From contig JANJUX010000051.1 in the NCBI GenBank assembly GCA_024710355.1, forward strand, positions 16,746-80,745: DNA of 64,000 nt, in the 5' to 3' direction. Positions 39,421 through 48,483 of the stretch are shown here, in pieces (the first letter of the stretch is position 1; each line of letters begins with the position of its first letter). The notes under the pieces are model-generated. The model was not told the DNA's origin. It saw nothing but the letters and a program-made list of their open reading frames with translations, and made no database searches. The position numbers were made by a program, and so were the translations under genes. The DNA comes from Candidatus Rifleibacteriota bacterium. GTDB taxonomy: Bacteria > Muiribacteriota > Ozemobacteria > Ozemobacterales > Ozemobacteraceae.

Positions 39421-40212
39421 ATGATCAAAACCCTTAAGGCATTTCTGGCGCTGGTTTGTCTGCTCAGCTGTCTCGTGATTTTTTCGGCCTTTGGCTTTCA
39501 GAAGCAGGACGACATGCTTACCCGTCTTGATCTGGCTCTTATTTTTGAGAAAATTCTTGAAAAACGCGCAATAACGGCTCAAGGCCAGTCGGTTCCGTCT
39601 TTTTTCGACCTTAAGGAAGACCGCATGCTGGCAGTCTTTCGCACCCTTTCGCTTAAGCTTATCGAGGGTTACCCTGACGGCAGCTTCAGACCCGAAGAAA
39701 GACTGAGAAATCTCGAAACCATCTGTTACCTGCAGAAGCTGGCCAGATGCCTGAGAAAGAATCAGCCTGAAGCCTATGAAACCAGACAGTTGATGCGCCT
39801 GTTTGCCTATCAGAGTCAGCCAGAGGTAATTCTTTCGGATAACCTGCCAGCCGGGACTTTTCCGTCAGAACTGGGCGAACCCGATGGGTTCGTTTCACGC
39901 AGAGTATTTCAGGATCTTATGGCGGCACTGCTGAGCGAAAATGGCAGACTGAACTTTCAACTTTCAGGAAAAGTTATTCATGCGGTTACCGGTCACCCGG
40001 TAGCGGGTGCCTGTATTGCCGCCGGCGAGAAGGCAGTAGTCGCCGACCGGGCCGGTAACTTTTCGATCGATCTTGGTGAAATCAGTCGCTCTGATGTTAC
40101 GCTTTTTGCGGCGGCAGAAGGGTTCAGGCCCTGCGAAATGAAAAAAGATCTCAGACTGAGCCCGAATGTGGTGTTTCGTCTTAAGCCTGAGAAACCACGT
40201 TCAGCATTCTGA
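39421..40212 (+). CDS. SLH-domain protein with carboxypeptidase-regulatory-like C-terminal domain
   Basis: LIEGYPDGSFRPEE (SLH); GKVI...GHPVAGA.I...DRAGNF...AEGF. Confidence 0.75.
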   Translation: MIKTLKAFLALVCLLSCLVIFSAFGFQKQDDMLTRLDLALIFEKILEKRAITAQGQSVPSFFDLKEDRMLAVFRTLSLKLIEGYPDGSFRPEERLRNLETICYLQKLARCLRKNQPEAYETRQLMRLFAYQSQPEVILSDNLPAGTFPSELGEPDGFVSRRVFQDLMAALLSENGRLNFQLSGKVIHAVTGHPVAGACIAAGEKAVVADRAGNFSIDLGEISRSDVTLFAAAEGFRPCEMKKDLRLSPNVVFRLKPEKPRSAF

Positions 40213-40219
40213 GAAAGCT

Positions 40220-41170
40220 CTAGCGATTCTGGCTGTAGTCGGTCAATGCCCAGCAATCATTGGGCTCTTTGCTTATCAGGCCCTGTTTTTCGAGCGCCGA
40301 GAGCAGCGCCATGATTTTTTCCGGCGGTGAGCCGAGAACTTTTTCCAGCTGGTTCTGACTGCAGGGGTGGCGCAGCAACAGCTTCAGCACGTCAGACGAA
40401 GCGGCGGGTCTGCTCCAGCTGCTCTCTTTGGGCGGAACCAGACTGTGTTCAAAAGCGGTCGAAACTGGAACTTTAAGCTGCAGCAAATCCCTGAACCGGT
40501 TGAGACGGCTCTGGTCGGCTGTTTTGATTTCGCTGGCGAGCGGCACCCGAACCGCAGTGTTCAGATACACAGATTCAAGCTTTTCAATACTGTTGAGATA
40601 CTCGCTCAATGCCAGGATTTCAGATTCTGAGTCGTTGATTCCGGGGCAGACAAATATTTCTATCTCGACTTTGCCTGAAAAGGCCGCCGTAAAAAGGCGC
40701 AGCCCATCGAGAATCGCGGGCAGCAGCAGATCGCTGGTTGGCCGGTGAATTTTTCTGAAAGTTTCGGGGTTGACCGAAGTCAGAGTCGGCAGCAGCCGGT
40801 CAGCCAGCAGCAGTTCGTTGCGGACCTCTGGAAGGTGCAGAAGTGATGAATTGGTGATAACACAGGTTGGCGCATTTCCCAGTTTTTTGATTTCGGCAAG
40901 AATATAACCCAGACCCGAATGCAGGGTCGGTTCGCCGGTGCCGGAAATTGTTATCCAGTCTGGCCTGGCAATTTCGTTCAGTGTTTCGCGCAGTTCTGCG
41001 AGAACCACGTCAGGATTGCAGAATTCATGCCGTTCAGAGGTGTGAAAAGTGGTTTTCGAAAGCTGGCAGTAAAGACAGTCGAAAGAGCAGGTTTTTGTCG
41101 GGGTCAGATCGACCCCGAGCGAAATACCCAGCCGGCGCGAAGGCACCGGCCCGAAAATATAGGTTCTCAT
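40220..41170 (-). CDS. Radical SAM protein (COG0731-like)
   Basis: FGPVPSRRLG.SLG, CSFDCLYC, SGTGEPTL, ITNSS. Confidence 0.92.
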   Translation of the reverse strand: MRTYIFGPVPSRRLGISLGVDLTPTKTCSFDCLYCQLSKTTFHTSERHEFCNPDVVLAELRETLNEIARPDWITISGTGEPTLHSGLGYILAEIKKLGNAPTCVITNSSLLHLPEVRNELLLADRLLPTLTSVNPETFRKIHRPTSDLLLPAILDGLRLFTAAFSGKVEIEIFVCPGINDSESEILALSEYLNSIEKLESVYLNTAVRVPLASEIKTADQSRLNRFRDLLQLKVPVSTAFEHSLVPPKESSWSRPAASSDVLKLLLRHPCSQNQLEKVLGSPPEKIMALLSALEKQGLISKEPNDCWALTDYSQNR

Positions 41171-41424
41171 TTTTTGTCAGTGCATTTTCCGGCGTACAGG
41201 AAATAGTAGACACCGATCATGGCGAATATTGCCACAAACGGCACGATGACGACATAAAGCGATGAAAATGGTCGCGAAGGGTTCATTTTTTCACGGGCTT
41301 TCATCAGGTTTTTCAGGGTTTTTTCAAGTTCCTTGCGGACTTCGGCATCAGTAACATTTTTGATTGAGGTACGCAGTTCGGTGATTGCCTCGTCAAGGCT
41401 GGCGAGTGAAGTTTCCCGGGTCAT
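41167..41424 (-). CDS. Small coiled-coil membrane protein
   Basis: 85 aa with C-terminal TM; ATGA overlaps on both sides; GGAGG RBS. Confidence 0.75.
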   Translation of the reverse strand: MTRETSLASLDEAITELRTSIKNVTDAEVRKELEKTLKNLMKAREKMNPSRPFSSLYVVIVPFVAIFAMIGVYYFLYAGKCTDKK

Positions 41425-43922
41425 TGGTTTTCCTCCTTCATTGGTGCGGCCAGACTGGTGCCCAGCCGTTCGTCGAGTTTTTTCAGCTGATCGTTATTGA
41501 GATTCATGCCCTTGATGCGCCCCAGAACCGTTTTTGCATCGGATTCCCGCCCCATCTGGCGGTAACGGTCAGAAATAAGAAACATGCTGTCGGGGTCGAT
41601 GAAACTGGTTTTCAGAGCCTTCTGATATTCTTCGGCGGCGGCAGAACCCTGCCCTGAGGCCAGGAACAGGTCTCCTATTCTGATAAATGGCGCTGGACTC
41701 TGAGTGTCATGGTTCATGGCGGTTTTATAGGCTTCGAGAGCCTGCTGGTGTTGCCCCATTTTTTTCAGCACGTCACCCTGAAGCAGGTAGAGAACCGGCA
41801 TGTCGGTTTGCTGGGCAAGACCGTTCTGAACCACGGCCAGAGCTTCAGATGTCAGACCTTCTTCGAGCAGTGCAGTTGCAAGGGGTTCGATGCCGCGCGG
41901 ATCATTTCTCAGGGCTTTCTGACTGTAGCGCGGAAACCCTTCGAGCTGGTCGGGGTTGCTGGCGCTGACCTGTTCAGTTATCTGCGCGGCAAGATTGTGC
42001 ATGCCAACGTCAGAATAGCTGTTAGCAAGAGCTTTTAGAGCATGTATATTGCGCGGGTCGAGTTTGAGGGCCTTGAGATACCATACGGCCGCCGACTGAT
42101 GTCTGCCGGTGGCGGTGTAGACTTTGCCGAGATTCATCAGGGCATTGAAATTAGCCGGGTTATGCGCCAGGACTGCCTTGAATGACTGAATTGCTTCATT
42201 GTAGAAGCCGCCTCTGGCATATTCAAGAGCCCTTTCATAATCAGGGTCAGCCGGGCTTTCTGTAATCACACTGTTTGGAACAATAATAGTTTCTGCCTGA
42301 CCGGTGGCCGGCGTTTCGATCGGAGTCCCGAGCGTCGGCGGCGGGGCTGAAAGAGATATGGTTGTCGGGGTGGCGGCCGCTTCTTCGCCCAGAGCCTTGA
42401 GGATTCTGGCAGCGTATGGATCCTGGGGGTTAAGAGATGCCTTTGAGGCTTCCCATAGGGCGCTGGCACGGTCGCGGAACCCATTCTGAATCAGGTTCAA
42501 CCCGGCGAAGTAACGAAATTTGTTGTTGAACGGTTCTTTGCGGATTGCCTTTTCGAAAAAGGTGGCAGCTTCATCATGGTTGCCCGATTCCATTTCAAGC
42601 TGTCCGAAATTGAACAGAGTGTTTGCATGATCGGGGGTTTCGGCCAGAACCTGGTTCCAGAATACTCTTGCCTGTGCAAAGTTACCCATGCGTGCCAGCA
42701 CCTGACCGCGTTCACTGAGCAATTCGAGCTTGTCCGGATAGGTTGCTTCGAGTCGGTCAAGTATCGCGAGAGCTTCGGCATGACTGCCTTTCTGATACAG
42801 ACAGCGGGCATGATGCAGCTGCCCTTTTGCCGATGCGGGTTCAGCTTTCAAAAAGCTTTCGATGGTCGATAGAGCTTCGTCGACCTGGCCAAGCTTTTCA
42901 CTGACAACGCTGAGCTTGTAGAGGGCCCAGGTTTCGCCCGTAAAATTTTGCGAAATCGAAGTTAAAATAACTTTCTGTTCGCTCAGATTGCCGGTTTTTT
43001 CCTGCAGCTTGAGCTTTTCAAGCCAGGCTTCAAGATTCAGGTCCGTTTCCGGCATTCTCGTGACGGTAACCGCCGGAACATCCTGGCTGAGCGAGGCTTT
43101 CAGGGCGGCAGCTTCAGCATGACCCGGGTTGTCGCTGAGTATCTGATCGAGGATAAGGCCGGCCTTGTCAGGTTCGCCCATCCGATGCAGAAGTTTTGCC
43201 TGTGCAATAATACCGGGGACAAAGTCAGGGCTGGTTTCCTGGATTGATTTGACCAGTCGTTCCGCTTCCATCAGCCGGTCACTGTTTATCAGCATTTCAG
43301 CGAGCCCGGTTTTGATCTGTGGTTGGTCAGGAAGCATATTCATGGCTTCTCTGAGAATGGTTTCCGCTTCTGTGAGGTTACCGCTGTCGATCAGTTTTCT
43401 GCTGGTTTTTTCATAAACATCTGCCAGCTTCTTCTCAACCGTTGCGGGCTGATAGTTTTCCTGTATCAGCTTCTTCAGCAGCCCTATGGCTTCGCTTGGA
43501 ATGTCGAGCTCAATGGCCGAATCTGCCATGGCCATCATGCAGCGGTGCAATTCATCAGAAAAATCACGATTGTCGGGGTCGAGTTTAACAGCTGCTTCAA
43601 GGCTCTTTTTGCCCTTAACCAGATCGCCCTTTTCGAGCAGGGCTCTGCCAAGAAGAAAGTGAGCTCTGGCATCACCAGGGTTGTCGTCGATTCGCGACGT
43701 TGCGAGCGAAATTGCCGTTGCAAAATCCTTGCTGTCGATAGCGGCTCTGACTTTGGTATTCTCTTTCCAGCTTGAATACTGAGTTTCTTTTTCTGATTCA
43801 ATAACGGTTTCGGTCTTGCTGGCAGCCGGGTTTGACTTTTTTTTGCCGCCACAGCCACTCATGCCGGTGGCGACAAGTGCGCCAGCAACCGCCAGCGTCA
43901 GGGCTTTTTTATAGTATCGCAT
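41421..43922 (-). CDS. TPR-repeat lipoprotein
   Basis: Start MRYYKK after GAGGAG; lipobox-like GMSGC; many TPR repeats. Confidence 0.88.
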   Translation of the reverse strand: MRYYKKALTLAVAGALVATGMSGCGGKKKSNPAASKTETVIESEKETQYSSWKENTKVRAAIDSKDFATAISLATSRIDDNPGDARAHFLLGRALLEKGDLVKGKKSLEAAVKLDPDNRDFSDELHRCMMAMADSAIELDIPSEAIGLLKKLIQENYQPATVEKKLADVYEKTSRKLIDSGNLTEAETILREAMNMLPDQPQIKTGLAEMLINSDRLMEAERLVKSIQETSPDFVPGIIAQAKLLHRMGEPDKAGLILDQILSDNPGHAEAAALKASLSQDVPAVTVTRMPETDLNLEAWLEKLKLQEKTGNLSEQKVILTSISQNFTGETWALYKLSVVSEKLGQVDEALSTIESFLKAEPASAKGQLHHARCLYQKGSHAEALAILDRLEATYPDKLELLSERGQVLARMGNFAQARVFWNQVLAETPDHANTLFNFGQLEMESGNHDEAATFFEKAIRKEPFNNKFRYFAGLNLIQNGFRDRASALWEASKASLNPQDPYAARILKALGEEAAATPTTISLSAPPPTLGTPIETPATGQAETIIVPNSVITESPADPDYERALEYARGGFYNEAIQSFKAVLAHNPANFNALMNLGKVYTATGRHQSAAVWYLKALKLDPRNIHALKALANSYSDVGMHNLAAQITEQVSASNPDQLEGFPRYSQKALRNDPRGIEPLATALLEEGLTSEALAVVQNGLAQQTDMPVLYLLQGDVLKKMGQHQQALEAYKTAMNHDTQSPAPFIRIGDLFLASGQGSAAAEEYQKALKTSFIDPDSMFLISDRYRQMGRESDAKTVLGRIKGMNLNNDQLKKLDERLGTSLAAPMKEENQ

Positions 43923-43936
43923 CTGGTACTCCTCAA

Positions 43937-44881
43937 TCAAAGGAACAGTTCGCTTACCGAACGTTTTTCGAAGATTCTTCTGATGGCTTCGCCAACCAGG
44001 GGAGCAAGTGAAAGCACGTTGATATTGCACTTTTCGATTTTTTCGCGGCTGATCGGCACTGAATTAGTGCAGACAATTTCTCTTACCGGTGAATTTGGCA
44101 GGCGGTCAGCGGCCGGGTTGGAAAGCAGAGCGTGTGTGCAGCAGGCTACAACCGATTTCGCGCCCTTTTCCATAAGGCTTTCGGCAACATTTACGAGAGT
44201 GCCTGCGGTGTCGATGATGTCATCGATAACAATCGCATGTTTACCGGCCACATCACCGATTACGTTCATGACGACGGCTTTGTTGCTTTCAGGGCGGCGC
44301 TTATCGATGATCGCCATCGGCAGGTTGAGTTTTTTGCCGAACTGGCGGGCGCGCAGCACGCCGCCGGTGTCTGGCGATACGACGACATGGTCGGTCAGAT
44401 CGCGTTTGAGAAAGTGTTCAGCCAGCAGGCGACTGGCCGACAGGTGATCGACGGGAATGTCGAAGAAGCCCTGCAGTGCCGGGTCGTGCATATCAATTGT
44501 CATCATGCGGTTGGCGCCGGAAATGGTGATGATGTTGGCGACAAGTTTGGCGGTGACCGGCTCGCGCCCGGTGGTTTTCTTTTCCTGGCGCGAGTAACCG
44601 AAATAGGGTACTACCGCGGTTACGCTTGCAGCAGAAGCGCGGCGCAAGGCGTCCATGGTGATCAGGAGTTTCATCAGGTTTTCATTTACCGGCGGGCAGG
44701 TTGGCTGGATAATAAAGGTGTCGCAGCCGCGCACCGACTCTTCGATGCGGCAATAAAGCTCGCCATCGGCAAATGAGGTATGCATGATCTTGCCTTCGGG
44801 AATATTCAGATAGTGACAGACTTCAGAAAACAGGGCTGTGTTGCCCTCGCCCGAAAAAACCTTGACTCTTGAATTGTGCAT
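43937..44881 (-). CDS. prs: Ribose-phosphate pyrophosphokinase
   Basis: FADGE, PYFGYSRQ, VVSPDTGG, DKRR, DDIIDTAGT; ATG 44881 after GGAGG. Confidence 0.97.
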   Translation of the reverse strand: MHNSRVKVFSGEGNTALFSEVCHYLNIPEGKIMHTSFADGELYCRIEESVRGCDTFIIQPTCPPVNENLMKLLITMDALRRASAASVTAVVPYFGYSRQEKKTTGREPVTAKLVANIITISGANRMMTIDMHDPALQGFFDIPVDHLSASRLLAEHFLKRDLTDHVVVSPDTGGVLRARQFGKKLNLPMAIIDKRRPESNKAVVMNVIGDVAGKHAIVIDDIIDTAGTLVNVAESLMEKGAKSVVACCTHALLSNPAADRLPNSPVREIVCTNSVPISREKIEKCNINVLSLAPLVGEAIRRIFEKRSVSELFL

Positions 44882-44912
44882 TTTACCCTCCTGATGGGTG
44901 TCGGTCCGGCAT

Positions 44913-45926
44913 TCAGCTATCGCCTTCAATTACCGAGAACGGAGTGATTTTTGTGCCATCTGCAACGGTGGTGTTGCTGATGACGCAGTGTTCGATTTTG
45001 TTATTTTTGCCGATTACTGCGTCAGTGATGCGGCAGGCCGGGCCGATGATGCTGTCGCGGCCGATCCGGCATTTTCCTGAAAGCATGCAGCCCGGGTGAA
45101 TCGTGGTGTCAGGCTCGATTTCGACTTCGGGGCCGATAAAGGTATTTTCGGGGCTGGTTATGGTTACGCCGCTTTCCATCAGGCGGGTCAGAATCTGCTT
45201 TTGTAGAATGGTGCTGACTTCAGCCAGATGCTGGCGGCTGTTTATGCCAAGAGTCGATGATTCATCCTTCTCGATACAGGCTACTACCGGCAGGCCCTTT
45301 TTAACGGCTGTTTCGACAAGATCGGTCAGGTAATATTCCTTTTGCCGGTTATTGGGGGTCAGTGAGAAGATATTGTCAAAGAGAAATGCCGAATCAAAAA
45401 GGTAAACGGCGAGGTTTACTTCTTTGACCTTTAGTTCTTCGGGCGAACAGTCTTTGGCTTCGCGAATGGCCGTGACCATATTGTTCTGCCGCAATACCCG
45501 GCCGTAGTTGCCAGGCTCGCTCATCATCAGGGTCATCATGGTGATCGCAGGTTTCTGGTGCCGATGAATTTCAACCATCTTTTGCAGGGTTTCAACCGAG
45601 ATCAGCGGGGTGTCGCCGCATACTACCAGCAGGTTGTCTGGGCGGTCGCTGCAGACTTTGGCATAGCACTGAACTGCGTGGCCGGTTCCGAGTTGCTCGG
45701 TCTGTTCAACGAAATTCAGATCGTCGGCACGCAGTGACTGCCTGACCAGATCGCTTTTATAGCCGGTAACCAGAATGGTTTTTTCGCAACCGACCGCCTT
45801 GACGGCATCGATGACGTAGGCAACCATTGGTCGGCCGAGAATTGGGTGTACGACTTTGGGCAGCTCCGATTTCATGCGCGTGCCTTTGCCGGCAGCCAGG
45901 ATAAGAGCGTGTAATTTCTGCGACAT
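44913..45926 (-). CDS. glmU: GlmU, short form (uridyltransferase domain plus partial left-handed beta-helix)
   Basis: LAAGKGTRMKS..PKV, QLGTGHA, GDTP, EYYLTD, GINSR; only ~337 aa. Confidence 0.88.
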   Translation of the reverse strand: MSQKLHALILAAGKGTRMKSELPKVVHPILGRPMVAYVIDAVKAVGCEKTILVTGYKSDLVRQSLRADDLNFVEQTEQLGTGHAVQCYAKVCSDRPDNLLVVCGDTPLISVETLQKMVEIHRHQKPAITMMTLMMSEPGNYGRVLRQNNMVTAIREAKDCSPEELKVKEVNLAVYLFDSAFLFDNIFSLTPNNRQKEYYLTDLVETAVKKGLPVVACIEKDESSTLGINSRQHLAEVSTILQKQILTRLMESGVTITSPENTFIGPEVEIEPDTTIHPGCMLSGKCRIGRDSIIGPACRITDAVIGKNNKIEHCVISNTTVADGTKITPFSVIEGDS

Positions 45927-46054
45927 ATGCAAACCTCGGTTCAAGTTTTCAGCGGTCATTATACACAGTTTTGCCTTTTTGTAACACCCGCCAGAAAATC
46001 TGTCGGGTCAGTGGCGGCAGCATTTATGGCAGCAGCAGTTATAAAGCCTTAATG

Positions 46055-46077
46055 AAAAAACCCCGCAGCGTGCGGGG
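46055..46077 (-). terminator. Rho-independent terminator after tRNA-Gln
   Basis: Minus strand CCCCGCACGCTGCGGGG followed by TTTTTT. Confidence 0.8.
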
Positions 46078-46089
46078 CAATATTTTAAA

Positions 46090-46162
46090 CAGGGGTGGGA
46101 GGATTCGAACCTACGAAATGCCTGCTCCAAAGGCAGGTGCCTTACCACTTGGCTACACCCCT
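46090..46162 (-). tRNA. tRNA-Gln (TTG), CCA not encoded
   Basis: AGGGGTG TAGCCAAGTGGTAAGGCA CCTGC-CTTTGGA-GCAGG ... GGTTCGAATCC ... CACCCCTG cloverleaf. Confidence 0.96.
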
Positions 46163-46234
46163 ATGCCTGCAACTCAGGCTCTCGAAAGATAACACAACTG
46201 AACCCGTGACGCAACCGGGCAAATTCATCGACAG

Positions 46235-46519
46235 TCAAGGCGGACTTTGAGTGCCGGGAGCATTCAGTTCGTCTTCGAATGCCCGCAGTATCGTGCTGGT
46301 CAGGTGTTCAGAAAACTCCGTGCTCAGTGAAAATACCTGCTCACGCCAGGTTCCATCTGGCATTTTCCGGCTGGGCATGCCGACGAAGTGGCCGCGAGCC
46401 GATGAAAAAATCTGAAAATCTTTGATTACCAGCGTTTCGTCAATTGTGACAGAAGCAAAGCCAAGAAGTTTGCTTTTTGGGGCCTTGAGAATCTGAATTC
46501 GCACGTCGGTAATTTTCAT
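46235..46519 (-). CDS. spoVG: SpoVG family nucleic-acid-binding protein
   Basis: MKITDVRI, FASVTID, FVGMPSRK; conserved position upstream of glmU-prs. Confidence 0.9.
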   Translation of the reverse strand: MKITDVRIQILKAPKSKLLGFASVTIDETLVIKDFQIFSSARGHFVGMPSRKMPDGTWREQVFSLSTEFSEHLTSTILRAFEDELNAPGTQSPP

Positions 46520-46543
46520 GATTTTGAAAAAAAACCGCGAAGG

Positions 46544-47377
46544 TCAGAACTTCAGAATGAATTCGGTCCAGACTTTGGTGTCTTTGTTCGACCTGGGTTC
46601 TGTCACTTCGGGGCGGACTTCGTTGTCAAAGCCGGCTTTGATCTGAACATTGTTTGTCGCATCGACGATACCTTCGACCTGAAGCTTTTCTTCAGACTCA
46701 AAAGTGTCGATCATCGAGCGTTTGAAAGAAACTTTGCCCTTGAGAGTTGGTTTGAAGCTGTAGATTGCTTCAAGGTAGTATCTCGATGCAAGCGCCGCCG
46801 CTTTTTCGTGTGATTCAGGCTGGTCGGGTGTGCCGGGAACCGGTGTCACGGCTGAACCTCGCAGAGTGCCAGCACCAGAACCGCTCTGTGATACAGCTAC
46901 CTGCGGCGTATGTTTCTGTTCATATTCGCCGTAAATCTGCAGCCGTCCATTGGTGCCGGCAATCGACAGTCCGGAAGAGTCCGAGTCGTTGAAGCCGATT
47001 GAATTGCTCTCGTAGGAATTGTTCAGAGTAATGACCGGTGACAGTTTTTTCTGACTGTTTCTTGATGATTTGATACGAAAGCCGGCCCGGTCAGCAAACG
47101 AGCCTGTCTGATTGTTCTGGTAACCAGTGAACGAACCAGCCTCGGAAAACCGGCTTTCAGACTGCGGTTGAGTAAAAGTTGAGGTGTTTTCGCCGAACAT
47201 CTGACTGCCAAGCGAGAGGCGGAATTCATTGCCGGCCAGGGAGCCTGAATGTTTCAGCCCTTTGCTGCGGTTCAGACTGATGAGCCGACTGTCTTCACTC
47301 TGTGCATGACAAGGCGCTGTCAGCAGTATCGCGGCCGACAGAATCAGCAAAACCCGGTTTTTAAGGGCCTTAAACAC
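46544..47377 (-). CDS. Secreted / probable outer-membrane hypothetical protein
   Basis: Signal peptide, beta-rich C-terminal half, ends WTEFILKF. Confidence 0.65.
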   Translation of the reverse strand: MFKALKNRVLLILSAAILLTAPCHAQSEDSRLISLNRSKGLKHSGSLAGNEFRLSLGSQMFGENTSTFTQPQSESRFSEAGSFTGYQNNQTGSFADRAGFRIKSSRNSQKKLSPVITLNNSYESNSIGFNDSDSSGLSIAGTNGRLQIYGEYEQKHTPQVAVSQSGSGAGTLRGSAVTPVPGTPDQPESHEKAAALASRYYLEAIYSFKPTLKGKVSFKRSMIDTFESEEKLQVEGIVDATNNVQIKAGFDNEVRPEVTEPRSNKDTKVWTEFILKF

Positions 47378-47498
47378 ATTAACTCCCTGAATTCGTTACC
47401 CCAACTTAAAAATATATCACATTTCCGCTTTTCAGCAACTAAAAACATGCACGTTTAACAACGTTTTTTTATATTTGTCTTGCTTTTCGAGGTTGGTA

Positions 47499-48308
47499 TT
47501 ATTCTGAGCCGGTGGGGCGGTCGAGGCTGGAATATCTCGGTAATAGAGCTTCTGCATACTGTTTTTCGGTTTCATTCAACTCAGATTCTGACAAATTGCA
47601 GCTCAGAGCAGCCGCATAATGCATGGCAACCGTTGCCGGCAGGCATTGAATTTTATGGTCATCTACGAATTCTTTCAGAGAAGACATTTTCACCAGCAGA
47701 TCCCGTCGGCTATGAGAAAGAAAGATCTCTTCTGACGGGTGAACAATGCTTATCGGAATCGAGCCGTGAATGATCAGGCAGTCGTTGCGAAAAACTCCGG
47801 CAGCGCCAATGAGCTTGTGCTGACCTGCAAAAACCGAATGCCCGGCAGCAGCGGCATAGCAGTGCAGATGGTTGCCGCGCCCGGCGCTCATTTCGCGCGC
47901 CGACGAAAACCGGGCCGGCACGCCAGTGTCGACAAGTGCCTGGACCAGCGGTTCGATGGAGAACCTGAACATATCGAGAAAAGTTTTTGCCTCCGGGCAT
48001 TTTTCTTTGATGAATTCGAGGGTGAGCACGAGCGAAAACGTGTGTTCGTCAGCATGAAAGACCATCTTGCCGCCAGACATGCGCCTGACGATTCCCAGGC
48101 CGGACTCTGCAACTGCTTTAAGATCGACAAGCTTTTCGGGCGACTGATTGTAGCCAAAAGACAGGGCATAAGGCTGCCAGCGGTAAAATCTCAGGCAGGC
48201 AAAATCACGCTTCTGGCCGGCAGACATGGCAAGTGCCTCGTCGATGGCCATGTTTTCGACCGCTGATCTGGGCCCTGAATCGATAAAGCGCAGTAAATAG
48301 TTTGGCAT
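47499..48308 (-). CDS. Lipoate-protein ligase / octanoyltransferase (LipM/LplA family)
   Basis: NMAIDEAL, LRFYRW, SFGYNQ, VRRMSGG, KLIGAA, HGSI. Confidence 0.9.
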   Translation of the reverse strand: MPNYLLRFIDSGPRSAVENMAIDEALAMSAGQKRDFACLRFYRWQPYALSFGYNQSPEKLVDLKAVAESGLGIVRRMSGGKMVFHADEHTFSLVLTLEFIKEKCPEAKTFLDMFRFSIEPLVQALVDTGVPARFSSAREMSAGRGNHLHCYAAAAGHSVFAGQHKLIGAAGVFRNDCLIIHGSIPISIVHPSEEIFLSHSRRDLLVKMSSLKEFVDDHKIQCLPATVAMHYAAALSCNLSESELNETEKQYAEALLPRYSSLDRPTGSE

Positions 48309-48401
48309 GCCGGTGATTATACAGAAAATTGTTAAATATCGTTAAGGAAACTTCAACTGTTGACGACATGGGTCATGGATTTGTTTGCCTCCTTATTTTT
48401 T

Positions 48402-48431
48402 GGGCCGGGGATAACCCCGGTCTTTTTTTTT
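48402..48431 (+). terminator. Plus-strand intrinsic terminator with no annotated upstream plus-strand gene
   Basis: GGCCGGGG-ATAA-CCCCGGTC followed by 9 T. Confidence 0.8.
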
Positions 48432-48483
48432 GCCGGATATTCAGTTATAAATATCTGCATCCGAAAGCAGGAGTTGAAGTTCT

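Noticed and set aside
46090-46162. tRNA-Gln as an island integration site
   Set aside because: No integrase or duplicated tRNA 3' end seen, and the flanks are housekeeping genes.
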